IMG/VR virus record: IMGVR_UViG_3300026116_000008
Origin: an uncultured virus (IMG/VR IMGVR_UViG_3300026116_000008)
Lineage: Duplodnaviria; Heunggongvirae; Uroviricota; Caudoviricetes
Strand: one strand, 5' to 3'
Length of the DNA: 64,000 bases
Position 1 is the stretch's first letter. Every line of letters starts with the position of its first letter. Under the pieces are notes generated by a model that was given only the letters and a program-made list of their open reading frames with translations, was not told where the DNA came from and ran no database searches. Shown here in pieces: positions 60,040-64,000 of this stretch. The translations under genes were made by a program, and so were the position numbers.

Positions 60040-61916
60040 AGCATATTCTGGTCGGCGATTTCGAGACCTACTACGACAAGGATTACTCCCTCCGGCGGCT
60101 GACCCCGCCGGAGTACATTTTAGACCCTCGTTACGAGACCATGTTGCTGGGTGTGCAAGACCTGACATGGGACGGGCCGAAGATTTTAGAGGCGCACGAG
60201 ATCGCGCCCTTCCTGAAAAACTACCCTGCCGAAGAGACCATGTTCATTTCGTTCAACGCGTTGTTTGACGCGGCGATCATGGCGTGGCGGTATCACTGGG
60301 TGCCTGCCCGCCTGCAGGACGCTCTGGGCATGGTGCGGGCGCTGCGGAATTATCCCCGCAATTCTCTCAAAGAGGTGATGAAACAGCTTTTCGGGCGTGA
60401 CACCAAGGGCGACACCATCCACAAGGTGATCGGCATGCGGCCGGCTGACGTGAAGCGCGCGGGCCTGTGGCCGGCTTACAAGACCTACGCCATGGGTGAC
60501 GTCCGCGACTGCATGCATATCTGGCTGAAGCTCTACCCGGAGTTTCCCCTCGAAGAACAGCTGGTGATGGACTTGGTGCTCAAGGCCGCGATCGACCCCC
60601 AGCTGCAGGGCGATAAAGACATGCTGGCGCAGCACCTGTTCGAGGTCCGCGCGCGCAAGGCCAAGCTGCTCGAAGAGTGCGGTGCCGACAAGGCCGCCCT
60701 GATGAGCACGGAGCTATTCAAGCAGTCGCTTGAGGCACTGGGCGTCGAAATAAAGACGAAGGTGTCTCCGACGGGGCGTGTCGTGCCGCAGTTCGCGAAG
60801 AGCGACCCGTTCATGGCGGAGCTTTTGGAGTACAGCGCGTCATATAACGACGACACAAACACCAAGGTGCAACTCCTCGCGGCCGCGCGTCTGTCCGAGA
60901 AGTCCACGATCGAGGAGACCCGCGCCGAACGGTTCCTGAAAATCTCCTCGTTGCAGTGGGAACGCGCCGGATACCTGCCGCAGATGTTTCCCATCCCGCT
61001 TCGCTACGGCGGCGCGCACACGCATCGGCTCTCTGGCGAATGGAAAATGAACTGCCAGAACCTGCCGCGGGACATTGAGAAGAGCAAACTGCGCTCCGCG
61101 CTGATCGCCCCGCCGGGGCATACGCTGATCACGGCAGACTTGGCGCAGATCGAGGCGCGCATCGTCGCGTGTCTCGCCGGGCAGACCAACCTCGTTGAGC
61201 AATTCGCCGCCGGCGAGGACGTCTATGCGTCGTTCGCGTCTTTATTGTTCGGCAAACCTGTCAACAAAAAAGACAATCCAAACGAGCGCTTCATCGGCAA
61301 GACTGCAATTCTCGGGCTTGGCTACGGCTGCGGCGACGAGCGGTTCTACACCATGGTGACCACCGACGCGCGCAAGTACCATATTCCGCTCGAAGGACTA
61401 TTCGACAGAGGCACTGCGACGATCACGGTTAATACATACCGCAACCTGTTCGCGCAGTACATCGCCGCGTCGTGGCGCAAGCTGGACAAGATGCTGCGGA
61501 TCATGGAGAGCCCGAGCAACAATCTCCTCGTTTGGGGCCCGGTAAAATTTACAAGTTCGAAGATTATTCTTCCGAACAAGATGACGTTGAGGTACACTTT
61601 GCCCGACGAACGCTTGTACGGTGCGAAGCTGCTTGAGAACATCACTCAGGCGCTGGCTCGTATTGTCGTGATGTCGGCCGCGGTGCGGCTCAGTCAGCGT
61701 TACTGGTTACGTTTCGTGCTGCAGACCCATGACGAACTGGGCTTCATCGTCCAGAACCATGAAGTCGCGAGCGCGGCACGGGCGATCGAACTGGAAATGA
61801 CCACGCCTCCGGATTGGATGCCCAATCTACCGCTGGCGGTCGAGGTCAAGGCGGGGGCAAATTATGGAAGCTGTATCGACGTCAAAAAATATCTCGCCGG
61901 AGCAGTTAATAACTGA
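59976..61916 (+). CDS. polA: Family A DNA polymerase with 3'-5' exonuclease
   Basis: DFETY (ExoI), FNALFD, RLSG...N.QNLPR, motif A DLAQIEARI, motif B RFIGKTAILGLGYG, motif C THDE. Confidence 0.92.
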   Translation: MDLREARKALVQASPESAGKLKHILVGDFETYYDKDYSLRRLTPPEYILDPRYETMLLGVQDLTWDGPKILEAHEIAPFLKNYPAEETMFISFNALFDAAIMAWRYHWVPARLQDALGMVRALRNYPRNSLKEVMKQLFGRDTKGDTIHKVIGMRPADVKRAGLWPAYKTYAMGDVRDCMHIWLKLYPEFPLEEQLVMDLVLKAAIDPQLQGDKDMLAQHLFEVRARKAKLLEECGADKAALMSTELFKQSLEALGVEIKTKVSPTGRVVPQFAKSDPFMAELLEYSASYNDDTNTKVQLLAAARLSEKSTIEETRAERFLKISSLQWERAGYLPQMFPIPLRYGGAHTHRLSGEWKMNCQNLPRDIEKSKLRSALIAPPGHTLITADLAQIEARIVACLAGQTNLVEQFAAGEDVYASFASLLFGKPVNKKDNPNERFIGKTAILGLGYGCGDERFYTMVTTDARKYHIPLEGLFDRGTATITVNTYRNLFAQYIAASWRKLDKMLRIMESPSNNLLVWGPVKFTSSKIILPNKMTLRYTLPDERLYGAKLLENITQALARIVVMSAAVRLSQRYWLRFVLQTHDELGFIVQNHEVASAARAIELEMTTPPDWMPNLPLAVEVKAGANYGSCIDVKKYLAGAVNN

Positions 61917-62148
61917 GCGCGGCACCACGCACGGCTGCTTCCACGATAACGCAAGCGTTTCACAAGCGTTGAAACACATCCTGCAGACACGCCCTAATTG
62001 GGACAGCCTGCCGGTCATACACCGGGAAGCGCTGGAAATGATCTGCCTGAAGATATCGAGGGCGGTTACTGGCGACCACATGGTGGCCGACCACTACGAT
62101 GACATCGCCGGCTACGCCAAGCTGATTAGCAAAACCTGTACGAAATGA
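61864..62148 (+). CDS. DUF6378-like protein
   Basis: ERG.THG.F...LKISR...DHYDDIAGYA. Confidence 0.7.
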   Translation: MEAVSTSKNISPEQLITERGTTHGCFHDNASVSQALKHILQTRPNWDSLPVIHREALEMICLKISRAVTGDHMVADHYDDIAGYAKLISKTCTK

Positions 62149-62382
62149 CGGGAGATACCGTGATGCCCAAAGGAAGCCGTCCGTTCCCGTTCAACGTTCC
62201 TCGCGGCACCCCGATGGCCGACATGGTCATGGGGACCTGCGGCGACCCCGACTGCGACTGCGTCCATTTTTTGATGTTCGACGAGAACAGAAAGCCGATC
62301 GCGCGCACCGTCTTGACGGGCAAGGAAGCGCTCGAACTCGTCAGGCGAATTCAAGACACCCTTTACGAACGGGCCACGGATC

Positions 62383-63054
62383 GTGACTGAAAAAGCGTTC
62401 TCGTGGAGCTATTCGCGCCTCAAAGCCTATGAGGATTGCCCCAACCGTTACTATCAACTCCAGATCGCCAAGAGCGTTCAGGAGGAAAAGACAGAGTTGC
62501 TGCAGTGGGGCGACGACGTCCACAAGGCCATGGCGCTGGCGCTTCTCGGCAAGAAAGAACTTCCGACCACGTTCCGCATCTATCAGCCGTGGGTCGACAA
62601 GGTTCTCGCCACGCCGGGCGAACTGCTCGTCGAAGACCAGTGCCGCTGGGCCATCACCAAGGATTTCGCGCCGACCACATGGTTCTCCAAGACTGTATGG
62701 CTGCGGGCCATTGCAGACGCGGTGAAGCTCAACAAGGAAGTCGCGCTGGTCGTCGACTGGAAGGCCGGAAAATCCCAGAACGGCGACCCGGTGCAGCTGG
62801 TGCTCACGTCTTTAATGATGTTCGCGCAGTTTCCCGAGCTCAAGGCCGTGCGCAGCGACTTCATCTGGCTGCAGGAAGACCACCAGACCACGCAAGTCGT
62901 CTACCGCGAGGAAATTCCAGACCTGTGGGCCGAGATCATGCCGCGGGTGAAGAAACTGGAGAAAGCCTCGCTCGACAACAGATTTCCACCGAACCCGGGC
63001 CGGTTCTGTCGCAGTTGGTGCCCGGTCCGATCATGTGAGTATCACGGCAAATGA
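62383..63054 (+). CDS. Cas4-like PD-(D/E)XK exonuclease
   Basis: WSYS.L..YE.CP, G..VH, VVDWKAGK, QL, C.SWCPV..C. Confidence 0.85.
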   Translation: MTEKAFSWSYSRLKAYEDCPNRYYQLQIAKSVQEEKTELLQWGDDVHKAMALALLGKKELPTTFRIYQPWVDKVLATPGELLVEDQCRWAITKDFAPTTWFSKTVWLRAIADAVKLNKEVALVVDWKAGKSQNGDPVQLVLTSLMMFAQFPELKAVRSDFIWLQEDHQTTQVVYREEIPDLWAEIMPRVKKLEKASLDNRFPPNPGRFCRSWCPVRSCEYHGK

Positions 63055-63259
63055 TCCTCCCGCGCCCCGGCACGACGGACATTCTACCAGCGATGGCAAG
63101 AGCCGTAAAAGACGAAGTTCGGAAGAGGCTGCTCAAGCAGGCGCGGGAAGACCTTGGCGCCGTGATCGACGAGGTCATGGCAGACTTCGAAGTTGCGGTC
63201 GTGCACTGGCGAAATGAGTACGACATGCGGGATACCATCAAGATCGAGATACTACACAA

Positions 63260-63559
63260 ATGAGCGACATACCGAGAGCTAGGGAAATCTTGGAAGCTGC
63301 GTTAGCGCACAAGACCCCGATCAAACTACGCAAGTGCATCCGCCAAGCGTTGGCGGAAATGTACCGCCGTCCGCAGTACAGGCGCGCTCACGGCACGCGA
63401 GCCAAAATGACGCCAGCGCTCAAGCGCCGCATCAAGCGGTTGGCCAAGCTGCACCCAAGGTGGACACAGCAACACATCGCAGAGAGCGTGAACGTCACCA
63501 ACGCACGCGTATCCGAGATTTTACATCCCGCCAAAAAGAAAAATGCCAGCCGCCGCTAA
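63260..63559 (+). CDS. HTH-containing basic protein
   Basis: WTQQHIA...NV...RVSEIL. Confidence 0.65.
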   Translation: MSDIPRAREILEAALAHKTPIKLRKCIRQALAEMYRRPQYRRAHGTRAKMTPALKRRIKRLAKLHPRWTQQHIAESVNVTNARVSEILHPAKKKNASRR

Positions 63560-63923
63560 GTATCGAGTAACTGACCTTTTCATGCCGCGCAAAGTCAAAG
63601 ACACCCCCATCCTAGAGAAAGCCGTCAAGGAAGCAGTCAAACGGCATCTCAAAGACATGGGCGCGTACCAGCACTGGCCGGTGCAGTCAGGCTTCGGCGC
63701 TCCCTGCCTCGACTGCCACGGCTGCTACAAGGGTTTTTACTTCGCGGTGGAGACTAAACGCCCGGGTAAAAAGCCCACCGCGCAGCAGGAATTTACGATC
63801 CAACAAATAAAAGACGCCGGGGGGCTCGTTTACGTCGTCGACAGTTTGGAGCAAGCTCGTGCCTTCGCCGATCATCTCAAAAGCTACGCAGAAAATCCTG
63901 ATCCCCCATACGGCGCCCATTAA
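63543..63923 (+). CDS. VRR-NUC nuclease
   Basis: E..VK, F.AVETKRPGKKPT.QQ...I...GG..YVVD. Confidence 0.85.
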   Translation: MPAAAKYRVTDLFMPRKVKDTPILEKAVKEAVKRHLKDMGAYQHWPVQSGFGAPCLDCHGCYKGFYFAVETKRPGKKPTAQQEFTIQQIKDAGGLVYVVDSLEQARAFADHLKSYAENPDPPYGAH

Positions 63924-64000
63924 GGCCCTGTGGGGTGACATTCCGACGCTCGATCACCAAGGCACCACGTTCGCCATCCTGCCGCACAACCCGCGCACGC
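63859..64000 (+). CDS. 5' end of next gene (possibly a helicase, by gene order), truncated
   Basis: GGAG RBS + GTG, frame open to window end (MPSPIISKATQKILIPH...). Confidence 0.4.
   Translation, partial: MPSPIISKATQKILIPHTAPIKALWGDIPTLDHQGTTFAILPHNPRT

Noticed and set aside
62383..63054. Cas4-like gene as part of a CRISPR system
   Set aside because: Solo Cas4-like exonuclease in a replication module; no array or other cas genes

Overview
The window is an almost complete, circularly permuted, GC-rich dsDNA tailed phage genome. It looks podovirus-like: portal, coat, tubular tail and large ejection proteins, with no long-tail tube or tape-measure cassette. The host is probably an alphaproteobacterium. 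Layout: replication genes (+, 1-3.9 kb and 58-64 kb: SSB-like, primase-helicase, Leu762 PolA, Cas4-like exonuclease, VRR-NUC); a long leftward virion/lysis operon (41.8 to 5.9 kb); a rightward packaging operon carrying Acb2/Tad1-like and Tad2 anti-defence genes (41.8-45.3 kb); an AT-rich non-coding control region (46.3-47.6 kb); and a rightward early region of small genes. Most notable signals: (1) two complete type II hammerhead ribozymes placed right after stop codons in the early operon, bracketing a two-gene cassette; (2) six GPT-type collagen-like virion proteins sharing an N-terminal motif, encoded in the same operon as two glycosyltransferases; (3) four perfect CtrA boxes at late promoters plus a phage-encoded CtrA-like winged-helix protein; (4) a 17-bp operator family overlapping early promoters; (5) a recurrent [YF]A[KR]GG motif in predicted internal virion proteins; (6) a tRNA-Thr-like 3' remnant. 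All family calls come from motif recognition by eye; no searches were run.
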